A program made the position numbers and the translations under genes. Below, piece after piece: positions 1-9,500 of a stretch of 59,232 nt of DNA; position 1 is the first letter of the stretch; each line of letters starts with the position of its first letter. The notes below the pieces were generated by a model. The model did not search any database, was not told the origin of the DNA, and saw nothing but the letters and a program-made list of their open reading frames with translations. The stretch is from a virus (lineage: Duplodnaviria; Caudoviricetes): positions 1 through 59,232 of IMG/VR virus record IMGVR_UViG_3300033153_001737; one strand, 5' to 3'.

Positions 1-227
1 GGCGAAGACTGGATATTATTCCCAGATGCGGCTAATTTAGGACACGCATATGTTTACAGATATGGTCGCGTACTTGGCGCAATTTCAGCCGATGTAATTG
101 ACTTAGGTACTACTATTGGACAGAAGCCTGTCTACTATTCTGTTGACGGCATTGTCAGAATTAGCGATGCTAATTTCGGGGCTAACAATTCAAACAAGTG
201 GCACGGCTACATTAAACGTACTCATTT
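1..227. repeat. Terminal direct repeat, left copy (circular or terminally redundant contig)
   Basis: Matches 59006-59232 except at offsets 105 (a/c), 124 (a/c) and 138 (t/g). Confidence 0.97.
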
Positions 228-2643
228 TGACGGCTTAACTCCAGGTGGAAGTGCAGACGACTACGACGACTGGTATACGAAAAACCAAACGCTAGCACCT
301 CCAACTCGCGGTGTTTTCGGCGGGATAACAAAGGTAAAGATTTTATCCGCAAACGGTACTGACTCAACTATACTTACTGAAACTGGTGCATTTGTCGACA
401 TTGAGGACGAAATCGACTCAGGTGAATATGTTGCTGGAAATATAAACGAAACGCTAACGGTAGCGATAAATTCATGGACTAATTCCGACTCTGTTGTGAC
501 TGATGCGGTTACTGACTGGACTGGCGACACTGTATATTTAGCTCCTGTTGCTGGTTATGGTTTCAACGTCGGAATAACTACTTCAGCTTCTGGAGGTACT
601 TGGGCTGCTGGCGATTATGAATTAGCTCAGACATTTATATACGACGGGAATCAGGAAAGTTTGCCGTACAAGATGGATGGTACGGATATTTCTGTTGTAG
701 CAGACGACTTGATGACAATTACTGTCTCAGCAAATTCACCTTACAATCCGAGAATTACAGACGCAAGAATCTACATTAGACTTGCTGACTCTGACAACAG
801 TTGGGCTTTACTTACTCATATTTCGCTAAAAGAGGGTTGCATTTCAACTCTCGGCTCTGAATATTCTGGCTCGAATTTGTGGGGAATTGGCTCAAGCGCT
901 CTTACCTTAATGTTAGCATCTTGCATTTCCATCAGTGAGAATGTAGAAACTTACGAGACTCTTAACGGGTTTTCCCCAGACCAACAAGATATAGCTATTG
1001 GCGATGACGGGATGGGCTATAAGTGTGCTTGTATAGCAGGTAATAGAAAAGCATATGTAGCGAATGTTAGAATGACTGACTCTGACGGCGAGACTGTAAC
1101 TCGTGGCGACTTGATGCTGAAGTCTAGACCTAGCCGCTTCGACACGTTTTTATGGGAAGACAGGGTTGAGGTAGCAATAAACGACGGTGACGAAATTACC
1201 GCACTCATTCACTTTGCTGACCGAATACTGCAATTCAAGTCTAAAAAGTTGTATATTATAAACGTCAGCCAAGACATCGAATTTCTCGAAAGTCAACATC
1301 AATTCATGGGCATTGAAGGTTTATGGCAGGTTGCGATGACTAATATTGGGCCAGTGTGGTTTAACGAGAATGGCATATTTTTATACGACGGTAGTAAAAT
1401 CATCAACATCTCAGAGGACATTAAGCTCAAACAAGAGAAGTTGAATTGGACTTCATACTATGCAAACATTGAAGACGTTGCAATAAGTTACATAGCTAAA
1501 AAGGAACAGGTTTTTATATATCTGAACACTTCGGGCGACACGCTATATAGCGACGTATTAATATACGACATTAAAACACAGTCTTTCGTCACTGGTTACC
1601 GGAAGCTACTTAACGGCGTAGCTCTCAGTAAGGCAACCAACCTCATTAACGACTGGAATGACGACGTTGTATATGCAGGCTTTGGCGACGACAACCCACT
1701 ATTAAACTACCCGTCGAATAAGACTTTCGATTCCGATATTACTGGCTGGAGTTATTATACTTTTTTAAATTATGTCCCAGACAATTTCCAGATAGATAAC
1801 GCAACATTCGGCGTTGCGCAAGGTTCCTTATATTTTAGAGATATTGTAAACTCAAGCGGTAAAATTTATCAACATACAAGGACTGATGCTCCAATAGCTC
1901 TTGAGCCAGGAACCTATACGCTTACATTCTGGCTAAAGGGAGTTAACCTTTCTTCTGCCGGTAATTCCTGGGTGAGAGTATTTTTTACCGAAGAAACTGG
2001 CGACCCACCAGGCGGAGGTGTTGAAATATCGAAAGTTTCCGCATCGGTAGCCGACAATATAGGGAATGCCTACACTTCTGGGAGTTATGGTTGGATAGGT
2101 GACGTTGTTGGTCAGAGTTATAGTTTTACATTCACTATTTCGGGTACGCATTCGGCGGCATATCTTTGTTTCCAGCTAGGTAGAATACAGGCCGTAAACG
2201 GATATGCTGGCTTTTATCTTGACGACATCTCGTTTGATGTTGCGGCTAATGTTTATTTTAGAAAGTGGAATCCAGAACCAGCATTAAATGCAGATGACAG
2301 TCTCGAATTAATAAGTCGCGCTGAAGACTTCGGTACGCCAGACGTTGACAAGTATGCCTACAAGGTCAATATTACACACAACAAAAGCACGACTACTACC
2401 GCAGTATTAGCCTTGTATTATAAAGTTACTGACTTTGACGACACGACTACTGGTTGGGCTGAAGTAGCTGAATTTGTCGACAATAACGGTGACATGAAAT
2501 TGCAGGAGTTTGAATTTAGCAGTCGCGTTGACGACTTCAAGTCAATGCAGTTAAAAGTTGCTGTCAAAACTACTGGCAACATACAAGCCGACTTCGCAAT
2601 AGACGAGGTTTCGGTAGTTGTCAGGGATAAGGTAGTCGTATAA
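1..2643 (+). CDS. Tail nozzle/stabilisation protein (P22 gp10 / tail tubular B-like), C-terminal 880 aa of a ~964-aa ORF starting at 58754 and crossing the junction
   Basis: Frame 1 is open from position 1 and continues ORF 58754. Propeller-like stretches (DGDEITALIHFADRILQFK, GPVWFNENGIFLYDG). Lies just before the ejection genes. Function inferred. Confidence 0.65.
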   Translation, partial: GEDWILFPDAANLGHAYVYRYGRVLGAISADVIDLGTTIGQKPVYYSVDGIVRISDANFGANNSNKWHGYIKRTHFDGLTPGGSADDYDDWYTKNQTLAPPTRGVFGGITKVKILSANGTDSTILTETGAFVDIEDEIDSGEYVAGNINETLTVAINSWTNSDSVVTDAVTDWTGDTVYLAPVAGYGFNVGITTSASGGTWAAGDYELAQTFIYDGNQESLPYKMDGTDISVVADDLMTITVSANSPYNPRITDARIYIRLADSDNSWALLTHISLKEGCISTLGSEYSGSNLWGIGSSALTLMLASCISISENVETYETLNGFSPDQQDIAIGDDGMGYKCACIAGNRKAYVANVRMTDSDGETVTRGDLMLKSRPSRFDTFLWEDRVEVAINDGDEITALIHFADRILQFKSKKLYIINVSQDIEFLESQHQFMGIEGLWQVAMTNIGPVWFNENGIFLYDGSKIINISEDIKLKQEKLNWTSYYANIEDVAISYIAKKEQVFIYLNTSGDTLYSDVLIYDIKTQSFVTGYRKLLNGVALSKATNLINDWNDDVVYAGFGDDNPLLNYPSNKTFDSDITGWSYYTFLNYVPDNFQIDNATFGVAQGSLYFRDIVNSSGKIYQHTRTDAPIALEPGTYTLTFWLKGVNLSSAGNSWVRVFFTEETGDPPGGGVEISKVSASVADNIGNAYTSGSYGWIGDVVGQSYSFTFTISGTHSAAYLCFQLGRIQAVNGYAGFYLDDISFDVAANVYFRKWNPEPALNADDSLELISRAEDFGTPDVDKYAYKVNITHNKSTTTTAVLALYYKVTDFDDTTTGWAEVAEFVDNNGDMKLQEFEFSSRVDDFKSMQLKVAVKTTGNIQADFAIDEVSVVVRDKVVV

Positions 2644-2834
2644 TGCGCGACAAGCTCAAAAACTTACTCCATTCAAAAAGCGAGCGCACAGTAGTAAAGG
2701 TCGGCGCTCCAGTTGTTAGTGGAATGCGCGAAGGAGTTGTCGAAATTCGAGACATTAAAGGTCGCGGTTTATACTTGTGCGTGAAAAATAACTCAATACT
2801 ATACAGTATAAAACTTGACAAAGGTATTGTCTAA
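2643..2834 (+). CDS. Small hypothetical protein, probably tail-associated
   Basis: TAATG coupling to the upstream gene; 63 aa. Confidence 0.6.
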   Translation: MRDKLKNLLHSKSERTVVKVGAPVVSGMREGVVEIRDIKGRGLYLCVKNNSILYSIKLDKGIV

Positions 2835-2843
2835 GTTTATATT
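2815..2843 (+). promoter_or_regulatory. Sigma70-type promoter
   Basis: TTGACA-17 nt-TATATT, followed by the SD AAGGAG. Confidence 0.6.
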
Positions 2844-2861
2844 AACTAAGGAGAATTAAAA

Positions 2862-3341
2862 TTGGCCGACAAAATAAGATATTCGATAAGCATAACTCCA
2901 ATTGAGGAATTAACAAGTAGCGAGGACTCGTCTACTAATGACATTTTGTCCCCAGTTACTGGAAAAAGTTTAGGTGGAGGGAATGTGCTCGACTTGACTG
3001 GCTCTATTGACGGGTCATTTGGCTACGACTCTGGGACTCCAGCTTACCTTTCTGTCACTTCTGGCGGTGTTGCCTTAAATGCTGACTCTGCCGAGAGGCG
3101 ACTAATTCTTATCAAGAATACTGGGAGTGAATTTGACTCTGCTACCGTTTTAGGCGCGGCAATAACCAAGAAGTTTACAGTAACAGTAGGCGGTAAAATA
3201 ATTGCACAACTTGGCTCTGGTGACTTAATGGTGTTACCTAACTCTGGTGGTGGCGCTAACGACTTGGACACCGCTGAATTTACGTTAACGGCAGAAGACT
3301 CGACTAATATAGCCTGTGAATTCTTAGCAGTGACACTGTAA
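2862..3341 (+). CDS. Hypothetical virion structural protein (beta-rich)
   Basis: TTG start with strong SD; G/S/T-rich 159 aa in the structural block. Confidence 0.6.
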   Translation: MADKIRYSISITPIEELTSSEDSSTNDILSPVTGKSLGGGNVLDLTGSIDGSFGYDSGTPAYLSVTSGGVALNADSAERRLILIKNTGSEFDSATVLGAAITKKFTVTVGGKIIAQLGSGDLMVLPNSGGGANDLDTAEFTLTAEDSTNIACEFLAVTL

Positions 3342-3399
3342 TTAAAATGACAACCCCCTTGCTAAATTTAAATCTTTTAAAGAATTAATTATATTAATT

Positions 3400-3437
3400 A
3401 ATATAAGAATAATATGAGCTTTGTCAAGGGTTATTTT
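3400..3437 (-). promoter_or_regulatory. Promoter-like motif pointing antisense to the tail genes
   Basis: - strand AAAATAACCC-TTGACA-16 nt-TATATT; flanks shared with 20359-20397. Confidence 0.45.
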
Positions 3438-3453
3438 AAAAAAGAGGTAAAAT

Positions 3454-4443
3454 ATGTCTGATGCGTATTCAGGTTTCGTAAAATCGAGGGCTAGACTGTC
3501 CAATATGGAGACTAGGCGAGCTTACGAGGAGCGCGAAGCCGACAAAGCTGAGAAGATGGCATACATCGGTCTTGCCGGGAAAGGCTTGACGGCTGCTGCT
3601 AGTATTCGTAGAAATGTAGTTAGCGACAAATTTCTAGGCCAAAAGACCGAGGAAGGTTTGCAGAAGTTTACGATGAAAACGGATGGTGGTTTCGGTGCTG
3701 CTTTAAAGCGAGCTTATTTGCCTACCGAGAGTGACTATGAGTTGACTAGTGCTGGGATGAAGGAAATGACTCCAGTTGACGTTGAGAAGTTTGAATTAGA
3801 TGCGATTCCCGGGAAAAAAGGTATGTCAGTTTCTACCGGAAGTATAAAAGATACTGGTGTATTTAAAGACAAATTCCTCGCTGACAAGAAAAAGGATTTT
3901 AAGTTGCAGACGACTGACCCTGATATTCCGCCAGTAGGTCGCGAAGGAAGGCCGTTCACTACTACAAATTCTGAGGCTGTATTTAGAGGTGCTGAAAAAG
4001 CGCATGAAGCTAAAAATATAGTTGATGTAACATCTCAAGCTAGAGGGTATGACGCAATTAGCAAGTCAGGACAGCGACTATCAGACAAAGTATTTGCCGC
4101 AAAAGGTGGCGTTTCGATAAAAGAAAATATTGTAACAAAAGCATTTGGCGGGCCTGAAGCCCCTAAAGCACTTGACGAATTAACTTCAAAAGTGTCACTT
4201 CTTGGCGACAAGGCTGGTGCAATTACTAAAAGTTTAGGGCCAGCAGCTAGCGCGTTAAGTATCGGCTCAGATATTTTTAAAGGCACTACGGCAAAGACTG
4301 GGGCTGAACGAGACAAGGCTTTAGGCGATGCGGCATACACGGGAGCTGCATTAGCTGTAAATGCTATTCCTGGAGTTGGCCAGATTGCAAGTCTTGGAAT
4401 GACTATAGGAAAACCACTTTTTAATATGTGGAGGGACAGATAA
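3454..4443 (+). CDS. Putative internal virion/ejection protein 1
   Basis: 329 aa, A/G/K-rich, with a glycine-rich hydrophobic C-terminus (GAALAVNAIPGVGQIASLG); sits between the nozzle and the giant protein. Confidence 0.55.
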   Translation: MSDAYSGFVKSRARLSNMETRRAYEEREADKAEKMAYIGLAGKGLTAAASIRRNVVSDKFLGQKTEEGLQKFTMKTDGGFGAALKRAYLPTESDYELTSAGMKEMTPVDVEKFELDAIPGKKGMSVSTGSIKDTGVFKDKFLADKKKDFKLQTTDPDIPPVGREGRPFTTTNSEAVFRGAEKAHEAKNIVDVTSQARGYDAISKSGQRLSDKVFAAKGGVSIKENIVTKAFGGPEAPKALDELTSKVSLLGDKAGAITKSLGPAASALSIGSDIFKGTTAKTGAERDKALGDAAYTGAALAVNAIPGVGQIASLGMTIGKPLFNMWRDR

Positions 4444-4988
4444 TGCCTTTTGAAAATACTTGGCTAGGTAGAGCATTTAAAGGTGGCACAAGTCTTAGTG
4501 GTGGGAACTACATGGGTGATGTCAGGGGTAGTGATGTTGACTACGAAACTGATGTAAAATCATTCGAGACATTCCAGAAAAGCTTCGGGTTACTTAGCGA
4601 CCGCCTTGGTGAAATAGGTGGTGAATTTGAACAGCGAGGACAGTTCGCTGAAGAGGCTTCGGCGCTTGAGAGACAAGGAATTACAAGACAAGGGCTTTCG
4701 AGCCTTTCTCAGTCTCAGGAAGCTGAGGGCAGGACGGGTTTTGCAACTTCAGGCGGTGCCGAACAGGCTGTCGAGGATACCCGAGCTGGCTTTCTTGACC
4801 AACTTCGGGGCAATTCACTGTCGTTAATGCGCGAGAAATTCAACCTAGGGCTTCAGGAAAAAGAATCGCGATTCGGGATGCAGACTAACATGTTAGACCT
4901 GTACGCTAACTATCAGTCTGGCAGAATCAATTTAGACGCAGACGCTATGGGTGGTTTTGACATCGATAAAGAAGTGGGGTTAGGATAA
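4443..4988 (+). CDS. Putative internal virion/ejection protein 2
   Basis: Likely start is the ATG at 4443 (TAATG overlap); G/Q/E-rich and helical. Confidence 0.5.
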   Translation: MPFENTWLGRAFKGGTSLSGGNYMGDVRGSDVDYETDVKSFETFQKSFGLLSDRLGEIGGEFEQRGQFAEEASALERQGITRQGLSSLSQSQEAEGRTGFATSGGAEQAVEDTRAGFLDQLRGNSLSLMREKFNLGLQEKESRFGMQTNMLDLYANYQSGRINLDADAMGGFDIDKEVGLG

Positions 4989-6520
4989 TGGCTAGAGCTA
5001 GCAATGTAGAGCTAATTCGTTCTATTGGAAGTATTGTCGGTGATGTATCGGGAATGTTACAGGCGACTCCTCAAGAGTTGCAAGCTGCCAGAATTGCCGC
5101 TGACGAAACTTCACAGACTCGTACTATGGAATTTCAGGAAGAGATGAAGGAAGTCGATTTCCAGAATCGAATGTTAGCTGACGAAGTACAGCGACGGGGT
5201 GATGAATTTGAAGACAATGCTAAGTTGATAAATGCAGCTAAGTTGGACATGGCTAACAGGGGAGTTAATTACGAGGCATTTGTAGCTGATGGCGGAGTTA
5301 CCGAGAAACAAAATAGTTTAGTAAATGTTATCAATCGAAAGTATGACAACGCTCTCGGTATTAGCGAAATGCAACTACAGAAACAAAACGACGAGTTGTC
5401 ACATATGATAAACGTACTCGGTCACGACACGCAATTGCAGAACGAAGCTCGCGGCGTATTTGACATGGCTAGAGTTCTTGAAGAAGGTGGCGACGACTTT
5501 ACAATATCTAAAGAAGAATGGGAACTAGCTGGCGACAAGCTCACGGGTGACGAATACGGATATACAGCCGAAGATGTCGAGCGATTGAAAACACTTATGG
5601 CGCCTCAGTATGATGCTCAAATGCAGAGATTCGGCGAGCAACTTGACCGAAGTAAAACTGTCGCTGAAAAAGAAGGCATTAAATCTCGAACCGAATTAAC
5701 TAAAGTGCAGACTGAAAAGTTAAGAGATGAGATAGATGCGAAAGCTAAACTTGACGAATTCCGCAAGGCTGGCTACAAAACAGAGGAAGAAAAGAGTGAA
5801 TATTTTGTTAGTAATATAGATGCAATTGCCCAAAGCGTTACCCTTAATGATGAAGATGACCAAAAAGAATTCAATACAGTACTTGGTCAAATAAAAGAGA
5901 TAAATCGAAAAGGAATTGACCCATCTTTAGCTTCTGATGCAATAGAAAGTAAACTTGATATTTTAATCACGGGTAAAGATTGGGGAAGTACTGGCTGGAA
6001 TGATGCTATTCTAAATGAATTTTTAGCCAGTGACAATCCTGATGAATTCTTGTTAGAAAAGAAACTCGATTTTAACGGTAGAGATGGAAAGTCTGACCCT
6101 AAGAATCAGCGATATGATGCGATAATTAAGCTTCACTCACTGAATCGAATTCTTGATAAAACTCAGGAAGTAGGTTTAGCTGATGGTAGTATTGAATTGA
6201 ATCTTGAAGGAATGGGCGATGCGGATGTCGAAACGACTGTTGTGGAAGATATAATTCCAGCTAAAGTAGATTCTAGCGAAGAAGTTGTTGTCTCTGATGA
6301 ATTAAGAGTTGAGATAAGAGCAATGGATAGTGAAATCTCATCAATAAGGTCAAGCATAGAGGGTCTAAAAAGGAGTAGAAGTCAAAGAGGAATTGGCGAT
6401 TTATACAAAAGAGAAAAGAAATTAAAATTGGCAAGAAAAGCTAAGAATGAAATTCTGAAATCAATGACGAAAAAAGAGTCAAGAAAAGTAGCTAGAAGAA
6501 AACAAAAACAAGCTCAATAA
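4988..6520 (+). CDS. Putative internal virion/ejection protein 3 (coiled-coil)
   Basis: 510 aa, acidic and helical with a very basic C-terminus; TAATG coupling. Confidence 0.55.
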   Translation: MARASNVELIRSIGSIVGDVSGMLQATPQELQAARIAADETSQTRTMEFQEEMKEVDFQNRMLADEVQRRGDEFEDNAKLINAAKLDMANRGVNYEAFVADGGVTEKQNSLVNVINRKYDNALGISEMQLQKQNDELSHMINVLGHDTQLQNEARGVFDMARVLEEGGDDFTISKEEWELAGDKLTGDEYGYTAEDVERLKTLMAPQYDAQMQRFGEQLDRSKTVAEKEGIKSRTELTKVQTEKLRDEIDAKAKLDEFRKAGYKTEEEKSEYFVSNIDAIAQSVTLNDEDDQKEFNTVLGQIKEINRKGIDPSLASDAIESKLDILITGKDWGSTGWNDAILNEFLASDNPDEFLLEKKLDFNGRDGKSDPKNQRYDAIIKLHSLNRILDKTQEVGLADGSIELNLEGMGDADVETTVVEDIIPAKVDSSEEVVVSDELRVEIRAMDSEISSIRSSIEGLKRSRSQRGIGDLYKREKKLKLARKAKNEILKSMTKKESRKVARRKQKQAQ

Positions 6521-6559
6521 ATATAACAGGCGTGGGTTCACGCTCGAAAGGATTAAATC

Positions 6560-9500
6560 ATGCCCACAGAAGCCCAAGTAAGACAGTCTGTGCTTAGTGC
6601 GTACAAAGCAAAAGGTTACAGCAACCCTCCAGAAGAAAATGTACAGGCGTCCATAGACCAGTACTTTAAAAAATCTACAAATAATACAAACTTCTCTCGC
6701 GGAAAAGCACTGTATGATAAATATGGTGACGAAGCCGCGTCTGGTTTTACTGACCAACTAGCATTTAATCTTAGAAACCATGCTCGCGAATTTAAATCGG
6801 GTACTGTCGGTATGGTAGGTTATTTAGCTGGCGCTCTAGGGTTGGACAACGCCTCTATAATCGACTACTCAGAAGAATTGAGAGCTGACGGACAGAGAGC
6901 AATGCAAGAAGAAGTTCGTAACGACGTACAGTTGCAAGCCCTTCTAGCGTGGCAAGCTGACGACCCAGTGACATTCACGGGTGAGAATGCCAACTTCTGG
7001 GAATGGGCTATGATTAAACGCGGAGCCGCATCTGCACTTCCTTCTATTATTGAAATGACTGCAACTTCAGCAATTGGTTATTTGACGGGCTTAGGTGGCG
7101 TTGCATTAGCTAGTAAATTAGGCAAAGGTGTCAGTGCTTCGAGTAAGGCTTTGAAAGCTACTAAGGCGTTGAATGCGACTGAGCTATCTTCATTAGCTAC
7201 CGCTTTTAAGGTTGAATCTACTGTCGAGAACGTCGCGTTAGCGATGACTAAGCGCGGCATATATGATAAGACCTCTAAGGGTTTAGCTATGGCCGGAATG
7301 ACGGGCCTGGAAGGTTCTAGTCAATATAATGAGGCTATGCGCTATCTAGTAGACGAGGAAGGTATGTCAGTCGATGAAGCTAGTGACAAAGCTGGCCTTT
7401 CAGCCGTCATGTATGCACCAATAGCCGGAGCGCTAGAATACCTACCTATGGGACACTGGGCTAAAGGATTAGGACTGTGGAAAAAGGGAGCTAACGAAGG
7501 TACTAAAATATTCGCACGGTCAGCAACTAAATTATCTAAAAAACTAGCCGAACAACAATTACCAGTCAGGATGATAACAGGTGCAGTCAAACAAGCAACT
7601 ATGGAAGCGACCACTGAGTGGACTCAATATATGGCTCAAGTTGCTATGGATGAAGCTTTTGTTAAAGGCGATTACGACACACCCGAACAAGCACTAGAAG
7701 CAATCACGGCTCGCTGGAAAGAGTCGAAGTTTAATGCTGAAGCTAGAGAGTCAATTTACGGCGGGTTCTTGATGGGTAGCGGAATGGGAGTATTTACCCC
7801 AACTGACGGAATCGCTAAAGAGGCTAAAGATACTGAGACATTAGCTGGTCAAGCAATGGCTGCCGCCGAGGAAGCTATGCGTCCCGAAGCTTCAGCAACT
7901 ACAGTAGAAGCCGAAGACATTCTGAAAAAAGCTAGTGAGGCAGAATCAGAAGAAACATTTACTTCTGGCGTGACACCCGAAACTGAAGAAGAGCGTGGAC
8001 AGCGAATTGCTGAAGAGAAGGCAACTCAGGCTGCTGAAGCTATTGAAGGCGAGCAACAACCCGACGTTCCAGATGTCGGCGACACTCAGCGACCTGGAAA
8101 GAAAAAAGCTTCAAATGCAAGAGGCGAAGCGGCATCTTACAAATCTCAGATATTAAAGAATCCCAATACTACGGCTGAAGAAAAAGAAGAGGCTGAAAAG
8201 GCTTGGGAGCTTGGGAAGGGTGACAATTCTAAGTGGGGTCAAATTTCTGAAGACCTTGGTTTTATGGCTGGTAAAATTCGCGAACGAGGAAAAGATGTCA
8301 AGGATGAAAATGCAGAGTTAACTCCAGCTGAACAGGAAAAGTTAATCGAATTAATTGCCGACCCTGAGATGAAATCAGTTGATAGGTCTGCTATGATGTT
8401 AGAGCCTAAAGAACAGCGAAAGCTTATGGCTGATTTAGATTCACCTATATTTGAGAAGGAAAAACCAGCCGAACAAGCCGGATATGAACTTGATAGAAAA
8501 ATAACAATCAAAGCGATGCGTAAGGTTGCTGAAGATAATAAAATTGATATACCTACTACTCTAAAGCTTAAAAAAGATATTGCTGACCATATTGATTCTG
8601 AGTTAAAAAAGCTTTCTGAAAAGCCTAAAGTTTCAGATAAAAAAATTAAACCTAGTGAGATAGAAAGACTTACTAGTATTGTAGAGAATGGAAAGCTACG
8701 CGAAAAAGAAATGTCAAATATTGAATGGGTTCAGTTTGACAAGGCGAAAAAACGATTGAAGGTATTAACCAAAAAATCTACTAAGCCAATTAAGCACGAA
8801 GTTACTATTGACAAGTCTCCAGAATTATCTAAAGAAATGTCTAACGTTCTTCCTGAACAGAAAAACCTTTCGTCTGCAATTGCTAAGGCTATTAATAAGA
8901 CAGGTAAAAAAGTATCTGTTATCTATGATGATACTATTGAAAGTTATGCTAATGCTGTTGATACTGGCACTGAGTTGATAGTTAGGATTAACAACGAAAG
9001 GCTTAAACCTGATTCTAAAGAACGCGGTAGAGTTATACTTCATGAGGCAACTCACCTTATAACTGCTACGGAAATCGAAAGCTGGACTGAAGATGATTCA
9101 AGACAGAAGAATAACGATGACCCCGTAAGTCGCCTTGCTGATTTGTACGACTATGTACTTGGAGAGATGAGTCAAGAAGTTGGTTATTCTGAATATTGGG
9201 AGTTAAGAAAGCGACGTAAAGAATTAAAGGCAGAGAATAAGACATTAAATGCTAAGGATTCTAAGCGCGTTCGTGAACTTCAAGATACTTATTATGGACT
9301 TGACAATTTAAAAGAGTTCGCTTCAGAAGTATTTACGTCAAAGGATTTCCAGGCAAGACTTCAGGGGATGAGGGTAGTTGGCGAGACTACTGTCTGGGAT
9401 AAATTTGTTCAGATAATTATGGATATTATCGGCATAGAGGCGGACAGCGATGTGTTGACAGAAGCACTAGCCGCAGTTATCGAAATAGCCGGACTTGAAG

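Noticed and set aside
1-227. Diversity-generating retroelement TR/VR pair suggested by A>C differences between the repeats
   Set aside because: No reverse transcriptase gene, one difference is at T, and the copies sit exactly at the contig ends.
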